42,956 nucleotides of DNA, taken from assembly GCA_030652695.1 (NCBI GenBank), contig JAUSQD010000106.1, forward strand, positions 1 through 42,956, written 5' to 3'. Shown in pieces: positions 33,951 to 42,956 of the stretch (within the stretch, counting starts at the first letter, position 1; each line of letters begins with the position of its first letter). The position numbers and the translations under genes are program-made. This stretch comes from Actinomycetota bacterium (GTDB lineage Bacteria > Actinomycetota > Actinomycetes > S36-B12). The notes beneath the pieces are model-generated. The model was given only the letters and a program-made list of their open reading frames with translations, was not told the origin of the DNA and did not search any database.

Positions 33951-35638
33951 TGCACTCTCCCGGGAACGCGAATGACTTGATCTGCAATTGCCAGCATGGC
34001 CTGACGGTGCGCGACCACCAGCACAATCGCGCCTTGTCGAGCTGCTCGCTGAAGTGCTTGGACCACAGCGCTCTCACTCTTGGCATCCAACGCCGCCGTT
34101 GGCTCATCCAGAATCAGAATGCGCGGCTCTCGAATCATGGCCCGAGCCAGAGCCAACCTCTGCGACTGTCCGATTGAAAGTCCACTGCCATCGACACTGA
34201 TCATTCGATCAAGACCAGCCGTGTCCACCGCGAATTCATCGACAACACCGGCTTGCGTGAGGCAATTCCAGACTGCGTCATCTGATGCAGCCGGAGCACC
34301 CAGCGTGACTGCCTCGCGCAGAGAAATCTGCGGGCGCAGCGAAGCTGAGACCAGCCGTGGAAACTGGGGAACCCAGCCGATCTCGCGCAGCCAGGCCTCA
34401 CGCGAGACGGTCGCCTGGTCAACTCTGTGATCCGTCAGCAGACTGACGCGACCGCTCGTCGGCTGCAGCAGCCCCATAATCACTGCAAGCAGGGTCGACT
34501 TGCCTGCTCCCGATGGTCCGGCCAGAGCAGTGATCTGACCCGCGTGCGCACTGAAGCTGATTGGGGCCAGCGCCTGCTGCTCCCCGAAACTGACACTGAC
34601 TTCGTGCACAGTCAGTTCGCGTACATCGCCCACGACCATGGCCTGATCAACGAAAGTGCGTGGCGCTGACTCGATGAGTGCAAAGATCTGTTCTGCAGCA
34701 CCCATGCCTTCGGCCGCAGCATGAAACTGCTGACCCACCATGCGCAGTGGCAGATATGCCTCCGGTGCAAGCAGCAGGACAAACAGCGCTGTGCTGTATT
34801 CCATCTGCCCACCTGCCAGGCGGAAGCCAATCGACACGGCAACGAGCGCCACGGAGACGGTGGCCAATAGCTCAAGTGCCAAGGAGGAGAGAAAGGAGAT
34901 GCGCAGCACTCCCATGGTCGATGAGCGATATTCCTCACCGATGCCCCTGATCGCTCGCTCTTGTGCCTTTGCCCGTCCAAACGCCTTCAAGGTCGGCAAC
35001 CCTGAAACCAAGTCGAGGAAATGCCCTGACAGTTGACCGAGCACCTTCCATTGCCGGTCCACTCTGGACTGTGTGTACATGCCAATCAACGCAAGGAACA
35101 ACGGAATCAATGGAATCGTGACTGCCAGGATCACTGCGCTCAGCACATCAGCGCCAAGAACGACCCCGAGAATGGTCAGAGGAACAATGACCGCGAGCAC
35201 GAGCTGCGGGAGGTACCTCGCATAGTAGGCATCCAGGCCATCGATCCCGCGCGACAGCAAAGCCGCCATCTCACCAGGCCTGGTGCCTGCTGGTCCGTAA
35301 TGGCCACCGCGCAGCACAGCCGCGCCCGCTGCTGCGCGCAACTCCCTCTTTGCCAGAGCAGCCGACCGAAAAGCCGTGGTCTCCGCGAACCAGTTGAGCA
35401 GCGCGCGCAAAAGGAAGACACAGGCCAGCGCAATGACCGTGGGAGCCACGTCCGCCCAACTGGCACTCCCCGTTGTGAGGTTCACGATGACATCGGACAG
35501 CAATCGCGCCTGAATGACGACCACGACGGCAATGCCCATGCCGACCAGAATCGCCAGCACCAGGAAACCGCGCGAGCTGCGTGCGTACTTCAGCAGCCGA
35601 GGATCAACGGGTTTCACTTCGTCATTCTGACCGATCAC
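33947..35638 (-). CDS. cydD: Thiol reductant ABC exporter subunit CydD
   Basis: It has a TM domain plus a nucleotide-binding domain. Walker A is GPSGAGKSTL, the signature is LSIGQSQRLALARA and Walker B is ILILDEPTAALD. It lies directly downstream of cydB. Confidence 0.8.
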   Translation of the reverse strand: MIGQNDEVKPVDPRLLKYARSSRGFLVLAILVGMGIAVVVVIQARLLSDVIVNLTTGSASWADVAPTVIALACVFLLRALLNWFAETTAFRSAALAKRELRAAAGAAVLRGGHYGPAGTRPGEMAALLSRGIDGLDAYYARYLPQLVLAVIVPLTILGVVLGADVLSAVILAVTIPLIPLFLALIGMYTQSRVDRQWKVLGQLSGHFLDLVSGLPTLKAFGRAKAQERAIRGIGEEYRSSTMGVLRISFLSSLALELLATVSVALVAVSIGFRLAGGQMEYSTALFVLLLAPEAYLPLRMVGQQFHAAAEGMGAAEQIFALIESAPRTFVDQAMVVGDVRELTVHEVSVSFGEQQALAPISFSAHAGQITALAGPSGAGKSTLLAVIMGLLQPTSGRVSLLTDHRVDQATVSREAWLREIGWVPQFPRLVSASLRPQISLREAVTLGAPAASDDAVWNCLTQAGVVDEFAVDTAGLDRMISVDGSGLSIGQSQRLALARAMIREPRILILDEPTAALDAKSESAVVQALQRAARQGAIVLVVAHRQAMLAIADQVIRVPGRVQ

Positions 35639-35653
35639 TTCCGGCCATGCCGA

Positions 35654-36679
35654 TCAGCCCGGGATCATGGCTCCGGTAAGTCGCTTGCGGAAGACCCAGT
35701 ACGTCCATCCCTGATACAGCAGAACCAGTGGCGTCATGACCACAGCGACCACAGTCATCACCGTCAGCGTATAGGACTGGCTCGAGGCATTGTTCACCGT
35801 GAGATTGAAAACGGAGTCGATGGAACTCGGCATGACATTGGGATACAGGCCCACGAACAATGCGGCAACTGCAAAAAGGATCGTGCCGGCACTGAGCAGG
35901 AACGCCAGGCCATTTCGATCTCGAATATTCATGGCGAGGCCCGCAAGCCACAACACAGCCGCGATGAGGACGAGTGGCAACGTCACACCCACGCGACCAC
36001 TGAAGGTCTGCGCCCACAACAGAGCGACAACGGCGATGACAGCCGCAATCAGACCAACGCGAGTCGCCGTGCGTCGTGCCATTTCATGCACCGAGCCCGA
36101 GGTCTTCAGTGCCAGGAACATTGCGCCGTGCGTGGCGAAAATGCTCAGAGTCATCAGGCCAAGGAGCAGCGAGAAGGGGTTCAGGAGATTGAAGAAGTTT
36201 CCGACATAGTTGATTGAACCTGCATCAGCGGCATCTCCTGAAATCGAGTTGAGGAGCGATCCACCCACGACGTTCCCGAAAATCACGCCAAAGATGAAAG
36301 CAGGCACGGCCGAACCCACAACTATCGCGATATCCCAGCCCCGACGCCAGGCAACGGTGTCGTGCTTGCTTCGATATTCAAATGAGATCCCGCGAAAAAT
36401 CAGGGCGACCAAAATCGCGAAGAAGAGCAGGTAGAAGCCGCTGAACATCGTGGCGTACCAAAGGGGAAATGCTGCGAATGTTGCCGCTCCGGCCACCACG
36501 AGCCAGACCTCATTGCCATCCCACACCGGACCGATCGCATTGATCATCACTCGACGATCAACCTGGTTGCGGCCAATAATCGGCAACAGCATGCCCACAC
36601 CAAGATCAAAGCCATCGAGGATGAAATAGCCAATCCAGAAGAACGCAATGGCGATGAACCAGAAGGTCACAAGATCCAT
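35654..36679 (-). CDS. cydB: Cytochrome bd ubiquinol oxidase subunit II
   Basis: It is a 341-aa polytopic protein with the motif GPVWDGNEVWL. It follows cydA. Confidence 0.9.
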   Translation of the reverse strand: MDLVTFWFIAIAFFWIGYFILDGFDLGVGMLLPIIGRNQVDRRVMINAIGPVWDGNEVWLVVAGAATFAAFPLWYATMFSGFYLLFFAILVALIFRGISFEYRSKHDTVAWRRGWDIAIVVGSAVPAFIFGVIFGNVVGGSLLNSISGDAADAGSINYVGNFFNLLNPFSLLLGLMTLSIFATHGAMFLALKTSGSVHEMARRTATRVGLIAAVIAVVALLWAQTFSGRVGVTLPLVLIAAVLWLAGLAMNIRDRNGLAFLLSAGTILFAVAALFVGLYPNVMPSSIDSVFNLTVNNASSQSYTLTVMTVVAVVMTPLVLLYQGWTYWVFRKRLTGAMIPG

Positions 36680-36700
36680 GTCAGAGTCCCAGGGCGTTCA

Positions 36701-38104
<1,404 letters not shown>

Positions 38105-38179
38105 TGCAGCACTCCCCCCGTCGCCTTTCTGGCGCAAGAGTACTGGTGGGCGAAGGCACTCAGCTTTGGCATTGCGCCA

Positions 38180-39697
38180 GTGTCATTGCCGAACGCCGAA
38201 CAGCGTTCTACGGTTGCGCTCGAGCATTGCGCATTGGGGGGTGCCGCCTTGTTGAGTCTGACATTCGGGGTACGAGCCATCACCATTGCGAGCCTGAGTC
38301 TGATTGCCATCTGCGGCATCCTCATCATTGAAGAAGAGCTCGATGCTCGACAGTCACGCGCTGCTCTTGAGGACTTCTGGATCCCCGCTCGAACGATGAA
38401 TCGTGAACTCCTGGCGGCTGAGAAGGTCGCTGAGCAGTCCATTACTGCACTCATCGCATCGCCCAGTTCCCAGCATCGAAGGGATGCAAGGCTGGCCATC
38501 GCGGATCTACGGACAGCTGTGTCCCGAAGCACATCGCTGAAGTCTGAGCCAGCAACAATGGATTTTGCCCTTGAGCCCAAGAGAGCTGCACAGTCATGGC
38601 TGGATCAGTATGCGAGGTCTTTTGAATCTGACGCTTCCACAACACTGCTAGCAACCAGCTTGCGCTCTGAACGCGCCCTTATGCAGAACACCAGTCTTCG
38701 CCTGGCACAGATCAATGCTCGTGCTTCGGACGTGCGAGATTCCCTGAATCAGCTGAGCACCACGCTCAGAACAACCATTGCGATCGAAACTGCGCTGCTG
38801 ATCTCGCTACTCATCCTGCTGATTCTGGGACTGAAGTTTCGTGTGCTGACGCCCTTGCTCACTTTGCGTCAAGATCTCGATCGCAGCGCTCGGCAACTCG
38901 TGCATGTGATCAAGCCCAGCGGGCCTCGTGAGATTTCGGCCGTCGCCCAGGACGCAGAGCAACTGCGTCGCTCTCTCATCCATGAGCACGATGTCAGCGA
39001 TCACGCCACAGAGGCACTCGTTCAAGCCTCACCACTCACCCTGGCATTTCGTGCGGAACTGGATCGACAAGTGGGACCGGTGCCAGGAGTCATCGGCGTG
39101 CACTTTCCGGTCGAGGGACTGATCGCTGGAGACTGGTGGTGGGCTGGCAAGCAGGGCAGCGGCACCCAGCTGCTGGCCATCGCAGATGTCAGTGGCCATG
39201 GCGTGGCCGCAGGCATGCTGGCCTTGGAGACCAGGACTCTGGTGAGCCGCGACTTGATGGCCTTGGATTCACCGGAAGTCATCTGCTCCCAGCTTGCCCT
39301 TCATGCCTTCCCGCCAGGCATGTTTGTGACCTTGTTCGTCGGCGTCATCAAAGAGGGCACCTTGAAGTACTGCTCTGCTGGTCACCCCAACGCGGCTGTC
39401 GTCTCCGAGCATGGAGTGCAGGAGCTCTTCACCACCGGACCCGTGATCAGTGCCTTGGGCGGAAGCTGGGTCCTGGGACAGTTGCCCTTCGAGCGGGGTT
39501 CTGCCCTGCTCCTGGCTACCGATGGGCTGCTTGATCAGCTACCCGAAGCCGATTTCAGTCAACTCGCACAACGAGCCTGGCTCCGATCAGGAGGAACTGC
39601 TCAGGAATGCCTCGATGCGCTTGTGGGACAAGCGCGTGAGGCCACCGGTGTGTGGAAGGACGACGTGACAGTGATGATTGCCACGGCAAAGTCCTAG
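38180..39697 (+). CDS. Membrane sensor with a HAMP-like linker and a PP2C-type (SpoIIE) phosphatase domain
   Basis: The order is TM1, a helical extracytoplasmic region of about 170 aa, TM2 (LLISLLILLILGL), a HAMP-like segment, then the SpoIIE motifs GDWWW, ADVSGHGVAAGM and LLLATDGL. The 775-aa ORF-track entry starts antisense inside cydA and cannot be real there. The true start is a non-ATG codon: GTG at 38180, or TTG at 38234 or 38249. Confidence 0.75.
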   Translation: MSLPNAEQRSTVALEHCALGGAALLSLTFGVRAITIASLSLIAICGILIIEEELDARQSRAALEDFWIPARTMNRELLAAEKVAEQSITALIASPSSQHRRDARLAIADLRTAVSRSTSLKSEPATMDFALEPKRAAQSWLDQYARSFESDASTTLLATSLRSERALMQNTSLRLAQINARASDVRDSLNQLSTTLRTTIAIETALLISLLILLILGLKFRVLTPLLTLRQDLDRSARQLVHVIKPSGPREISAVAQDAEQLRRSLIHEHDVSDHATEALVQASPLTLAFRAELDRQVGPVPGVIGVHFPVEGLIAGDWWWAGKQGSGTQLLAIADVSGHGVAAGMLALETRTLVSRDLMALDSPEVICSQLALHAFPPGMFVTLFVGVIKEGTLKYCSAGHPNAAVVSEHGVQELFTTGPVISALGGSWVLGQLPFERGSALLLATDGLLDQLPEADFSQLAQRAWLRSGGTAQECLDALVGQAREATGVWKDDVTVMIATAKS

Positions 39698-39742
39698 TGT
39701 TCTGACAGAGACTTCACAGGTGCAGATGCGACTATTGCAATC

Positions 39743-40999
39743 ATGCGTCTGAACAAAACCCTTGCCCTGCTGACTGCCGCACTGATTGCCGGCACAGTTG
39801 TTGCTCAAGCCAATGCTGCCCCCAAGTCCAAGCCAGCGGCTCAAACCAAGGGTCAAGTGGTGCCCGCAACATTGTTTGGCATGCACGTGCAGAATGCCGA
39901 GAACGGTCTGTGGCCCACGATTCCGATCGGCTCTTTGCGCCTGTGGGACAACCAGACCAGCTGGGCCAACATTGAAAAGACTCAAGGCGTCTTCGACTGG
40001 ACTGCCCTCGATACTGCGGTGGCAACGGCCCAGACCAATGGCGTCAATGACATCTTGATGGTGCTTGCGGGCACTCCAGCATGGGCAACCGATGATCCCT
40101 CACCCGATGCCCTGCCCGTTCCCGGCGCAGCCGGCATGCCAAGGAATCTTGATTGGTGGAATGCCTGGGTCACGGCAGTGGTCACTCGCTACAAGGGCAA
40201 AATCACCTCATACCAGCCTTGGAATGAAGCCAATCTCAGCACCTTCTCCACGGGTACTCCCCAAGAGATGGCCGATCTGACCAAGCGTGCCTACGACATC
40301 ATCAAGGCGATCGATCCGGCTGCACTCGTGGTGGCGCCAAGCACTGGCACCCGCCTTGGCGGTCCTTTCATGAAGTTCTACCCCGCATTCCTGGCAGCGC
40401 TCGGTGCCAAGGGCTGGCCCATTGATGTGTGGGCCGCACACACCTACCCCGCAAGCCTGGGCACTCCCCTAGATCGCGCAAAGCTGGCCTTGGACTGGCA
40501 GAAGGTGTTGAAGCAGGCCAAGGCACCGGTGAAGCCGATGTGGGACACCGAGAACAACTTTGGCCTCAAGGGTCCCGGGCCCAAGAATCCAGATGTCGAC
40601 ATTGACGGCACCAAGGCTGCCTCGTGGGTCGCCCGTACCTACCTTGATGCCCTTGCCCTGAATATCGAGCGCGTCTACTGGTACCGCTGGGAGCCATACA
40701 ACGACCTCTGGGGCATCCAGATGTTCACCGATACGCCGGGAGCCAAGGGTCTTGCGACTCTTGAAGACTGGATCGTGGGCGCTCGATTCAATGGCTGCGA
40801 CACCAAGGCCAAGGCCACGACCTGCAAGTTCGTCAAGGATGGCGAGGCATTCCAGGTGGTCTACAGCACCACTGAGAAGCCGATGACCTTCCCTGTGCCC
40901 AAGGGCGCCACGCAGATGTGCAATCTGCTGGTTGGCTGCAATCCGATCAAGGGCAAGACCATCAAAACTGCCGCACCGGTGCGTTTGAACGCAGCCTGA
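39743..40999 (+). CDS. Secreted glycoside hydrolase-like protein (clan GH-A TIM-barrel type)
   Basis: It has a signal peptide (AQANA). The segment LRLWDNQTSWANIE...FDWTALD... and the YQPWNEANL motif (Asn-Glu acid/base context of clan GH-A) support the call. The GH family cannot be assigned by eye. Confidence 0.5.
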   Translation: MRLNKTLALLTAALIAGTVVAQANAAPKSKPAAQTKGQVVPATLFGMHVQNAENGLWPTIPIGSLRLWDNQTSWANIEKTQGVFDWTALDTAVATAQTNGVNDILMVLAGTPAWATDDPSPDALPVPGAAGMPRNLDWWNAWVTAVVTRYKGKITSYQPWNEANLSTFSTGTPQEMADLTKRAYDIIKAIDPAALVVAPSTGTRLGGPFMKFYPAFLAALGAKGWPIDVWAAHTYPASLGTPLDRAKLALDWQKVLKQAKAPVKPMWDTENNFGLKGPGPKNPDVDIDGTKAASWVARTYLDALALNIERVYWYRWEPYNDLWGIQMFTDTPGAKGLATLEDWIVGARFNGCDTKAKATTCKFVKDGEAFQVVYSTTEKPMTFPVPKGATQMCNLLVGCNPIKGKTIKTAAPVRLNAA

Positions 41000-41003
41000 G
41001 CGT

Positions 41004-42245
41004 TCAGGCGCTTGCGGCTCGGGGACGACCAACAAAGCGCGCATGCGCTTGGTTCAACCCAAGACTCAGCGCCTGTTGGCTTGCGGCCTGCGCCTCGTCG
41101 AGCCTGCCAAGTCTCATGAGCAGTTCCGCTCGCGAAGCGTGCCACCAGGGGTACCCGTCCAGTCCTGCGATCGCATCAACTTCGACAAGCCCGGCTTGCG
41201 GTCCGTCGCGTTCAGTGATGGCTCCAGCACGCCCCAGGCGAGCAGTCGGTGAATCCTGGATGCGCAGGAGAACGTCGTACCACGAAATAATCGCGTCCCA
41301 ATCAGTGCTCGCATAGTCCGCTGCAATTGCGTGACAGGCGGCAATGGCAGCTTGCATTGCGTACGGGTCAGGAACTTCTGGGGTTCGTCGAAGCGCTTCA
41401 CCCACGAGTTCCACGCCCTCGCGAATCAAATCCTCACGCCAAAGCCCGCGATCCTGATCAGCCAGCAACACCACGGCGCCATCGCGGTCGACCCTGGCAG
41501 CCCTGCGCGAGTCCTGCAGCAGCATCAAAGACAACAGGCCAGAGATCGATGCTTCATCAGGCATGAGCCGATGCAGCAGCCGACCCAGCCGAATCGACTC
41601 ATCGACCAGATTTGCACGCATGGCGTCTTCACCGTTGGCCGCGGCGTAGCCCTCATTGAATATCAGGTACACCGTGGACAGGACCGCAGGCAATCGCCCA
41701 GGAAGCTCAGCATCCGACGGCACTCGATAGGGGATGTGCGCCTGTTGGATCTTTTGCTTCGCGCGGGTCAGCCTTTTGGCCATCGTCGCCTCGGGCACCA
41801 TCAAGGCCCGCGCCACTTCACCTGTGCTCAGGCCGCCAAGAGTGCGCAGACTCAAGGCGACCTGAGCATCAAGGGACAGGCTCGGGTGACAGCAGGTGAA
41901 GACCAGGCGCAACAGATCATCACGCACGACGGAGGCCTCCGGCTCTGGAGGCTCATGCTCAAGTAGCCACACGGATTCAGCCTCCTTGCCCTCTCGCGCC
42001 TTGTCGCGGCGAATGCGATCCACTGCGCACCTTCGAGCCACCACAGTCAGCCAGGCTCGCGGTTCATCTGGCACTCCATCGCGTGGCCAGGTTTGCAGTG
42101 CACGCACGGCTGCCTCTTGCAAGGCATCCTGCGCCAAATCAACATCTCTGGTCATTCGGATCAGGGTGGCCAGGATCCGCGAATAGTCAGCACGAATTGC
42201 ACGCTCAGCTGCTTGCGCGGGCGAGACAGGCTCCTCTGTGGTCAA
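41004..42245 (-). CDS. ECF-type sigma factor with a long C-terminal extension (ECF42-like)
   Basis: Region 2 reads DLAQDALQEAAVRALQTW...AWLTVVARRCAVDRIRR. Region 4 reads LSTGEVARALMVPEATMAKRLTRAKQKI. A helical extension of about 230 aa follows. I prefer the TTG at 42245 (GAGGA 8 nt upstream), just after the YciI stop, over the overlapping ATG at 42296. Confidence 0.8.
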   Translation of the reverse strand: MTTEEPVSPAQAAERAIRADYSRILATLIRMTRDVDLAQDALQEAAVRALQTWPRDGVPDEPRAWLTVVARRCAVDRIRRDKAREGKEAESVWLLEHEPPEPEASVVRDDLLRLVFTCCHPSLSLDAQVALSLRTLGGLSTGEVARALMVPEATMAKRLTRAKQKIQQAHIPYRVPSDAELPGRLPAVLSTVYLIFNEGYAAANGEDAMRANLVDESIRLGRLLHRLMPDEASISGLLSLMLLQDSRRAARVDRDGAVVLLADQDRGLWREDLIREGVELVGEALRRTPEVPDPYAMQAAIAACHAIAADYASTDWDAIISWYDVLLRIQDSPTARLGRAGAITERDGPQAGLVEVDAIAGLDGYPWWHASRAELLMRLGRLDEAQAASQQALSLGLNQAHARFVGRPRAASA

Positions 42246-42255
42246 CGAGGAGTCC

Positions 42256-42603
42256 TCACATGATTGGCAGGACAGGGCGAACTTCAACTGCGCCATTCCA
42301 GGCGGCTGGAATCAGCGCTGCGGTCGCGATGGCCTCGTCCAAGTCCGCGCACTCCAAAATGAAAAAGCCAGTCAGTGCTTCCTTGGTTTCAGCGTATGGC
42401 CCATCTGTGGACAAGATATCGCCACCCTTGCCACCAGACACACGCACAGTGGTGGCAGTTGCCGTGGGATACAGGGCTGCGCCACCACGAATGACCGCTG
42501 CCGCCGCCTCATTGAATGCCCCGTATTCAGCCATTTCTGCGGCATTGTCGGGGTGACTCCAGTCGACGTCCTTGCTGTACACGATTGCGACGTACTCGGG
42601 CAT
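42256..42603 (-). CDS. YciI/DGPF-family protein
   Basis: It is a 115-aa protein with the YCII-like pattern (MPEYVAIVY...; GFFILECADLDEAIA). AGGAGG lies upstream of the ATG. Confidence 0.75.
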   Translation of the reverse strand: MPEYVAIVYSKDVDWSHPDNAAEMAEYGAFNEAAAAVIRGGAALYPTATATTVRVSGGKGGDILSTDGPYAETKEALTGFFILECADLDEAIATAALIPAAWNGAVEVRPVLPIM

Positions 42604-42676
42604 TGCGACCTCCTATGCGGCTGGCGCGGTTCGCCAGCTTCATCCTAGGGACGAACGGCAGGCCCAAAAAAGGACA

Positions 42677-42718
42677 AAGCAAAGCCCCCAACTTTGGATC
42701 GTGTTGGGGGCTTTGCTT
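42677..42718 (-). terminator. Intrinsic terminator downstream of etfA
   Basis: It forms a 16-bp perfect stem, AAGCAAAGCCCCCAAC / GTTGGGGGCTTTGCTT, with a 10-nt loop. On the minus strand it is followed by TTTGTCCTTTTTTGGG. Confidence 0.8.
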
Positions 42719-42734
42719 GACGTGCTTGTGCTGA

Positions 42735-42956
42735 CTAGCCCTTGCGCTTGGTGACCTCTTCGGTCAGCTGGGGCAGCACGACGAACAAGTCACCGACCAC
42801 GCCGAAGTCTGCGAGCTCGAACATCGGTGCTTCTGCATCCTTGTTCACAGCCACGATCATCTTGGGGGTCTGCATGCCGGCGCGGTGCTGGATTGCACCG
42901 GAGATGCCGTTGGCGATGTAGAGCTGAGGCGAAACGGTCTTGCCGGTCTGGCCCAC
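42735..42956 (-). CDS. etfA: Electron transfer flavoprotein alpha subunit, C-terminal part (partial at the window edge)
   Basis: The translation is [57 protein letters not shown], the conserved FAD-binding C-terminus of EtfA/FixB. Confidence 0.85.
   Translation of the reverse strand: MGQTGKTVSPQLYIANGISGAIQHRAGMQTPKMIVAVNKDAEAPMFELADFGVVGDLFVVLPQLTEEVTKRKG

Noticed and set aside
35033-36217. 394-aa plus-strand ORF
   Set aside because: It is antisense to cydD and cydB. It has a highly charged low-complexity composition.
38105-38400. Rex operator or other redox-regulator box upstream of cydA
   Set aside because: I found no TTGTGAA-N4-TTCACAA-like sequence. Only short repeats of CATTGCGC are present, and I cannot support these as a site.
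42604-42676. ECF-type promoter upstream of the YciI/DGPF gene
   Set aside because: A GAAC-like and a CGTC-like element can be picked out. However, their spacing would leave no room for the ribosome-binding site, so I cannot support a promoter call without TSS data.

Overview
This is a high-GC segment that looks like Actinomycetota chromosome. It is densely coding, and I found no rRNA gene, intact tRNA gene or CRISPR array. All family assignments come from motifs I recognise by eye in the supplied translations; no HMM or BLAST search was run.

Layout, left to right:
- 1-1919: one edge of an integrated element. It holds a partial AbiEi-type antitoxin gene, a tyrosine integrase and two tandem tRNA 3'-half remnants (Gly-CCC and Phe-GAA).
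- 2110-8196: envelope and ion-homeostasis genes. These are a secreted 5'-nucleotidase, a lipoprotein, an RCK-gated K+ channel, an hsp20 gene preceded by a near-consensus CIRCE operator, a ChaA-type antiporter and an anchored DM13 protein.
- 8389-12655: a three-gene putative metal-handling operon. It encodes a secreted DUF4331-like protein, a TPR protein with a His-rich tail, and an RcnA/NicO-type membrane protein with a large ectodomain and a His-rich loop.
- 12742-15755: two tandem paralogous polytopic membrane proteins with degenerate GGDEF domains.
- 15761-24620: a wall-glycopolymer cluster. It encodes an acyltransferase_3-SGNH protein, an anchored Cys-type sulfatase, a GT2::TagF-like fusion, a sulfotransferase and a TagG/TagH-like ABC exporter.
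- 24627-28504: two tandem DHA2 MFS pumps, a 55-codon DprE2-like C-terminal remnant and a small membrane protein.
- 28579-38104: CopD/CtaG, an L,D-transpeptidase, a C-N hydrolase and cydABDC.
- 38180-42956: a HAMP-PP2C (SpoIIE) sensor phosphatase, a secreted clan GH-A-like hydrolase, an ECF42-type sigma factor with its DGPF/YciI partner, a strong terminator and the 3' end of etfA.

The candidates I consider most worth follow-up are the DUF4331/TPR/NicO-fusion operon and the sulfotransferase-plus-sulfatase wall-polymer cluster. The degenerate-GGDEF tandem pair comes next. I saw no recognisable phage-defence system apart from the partial AbiE module at the left edge.
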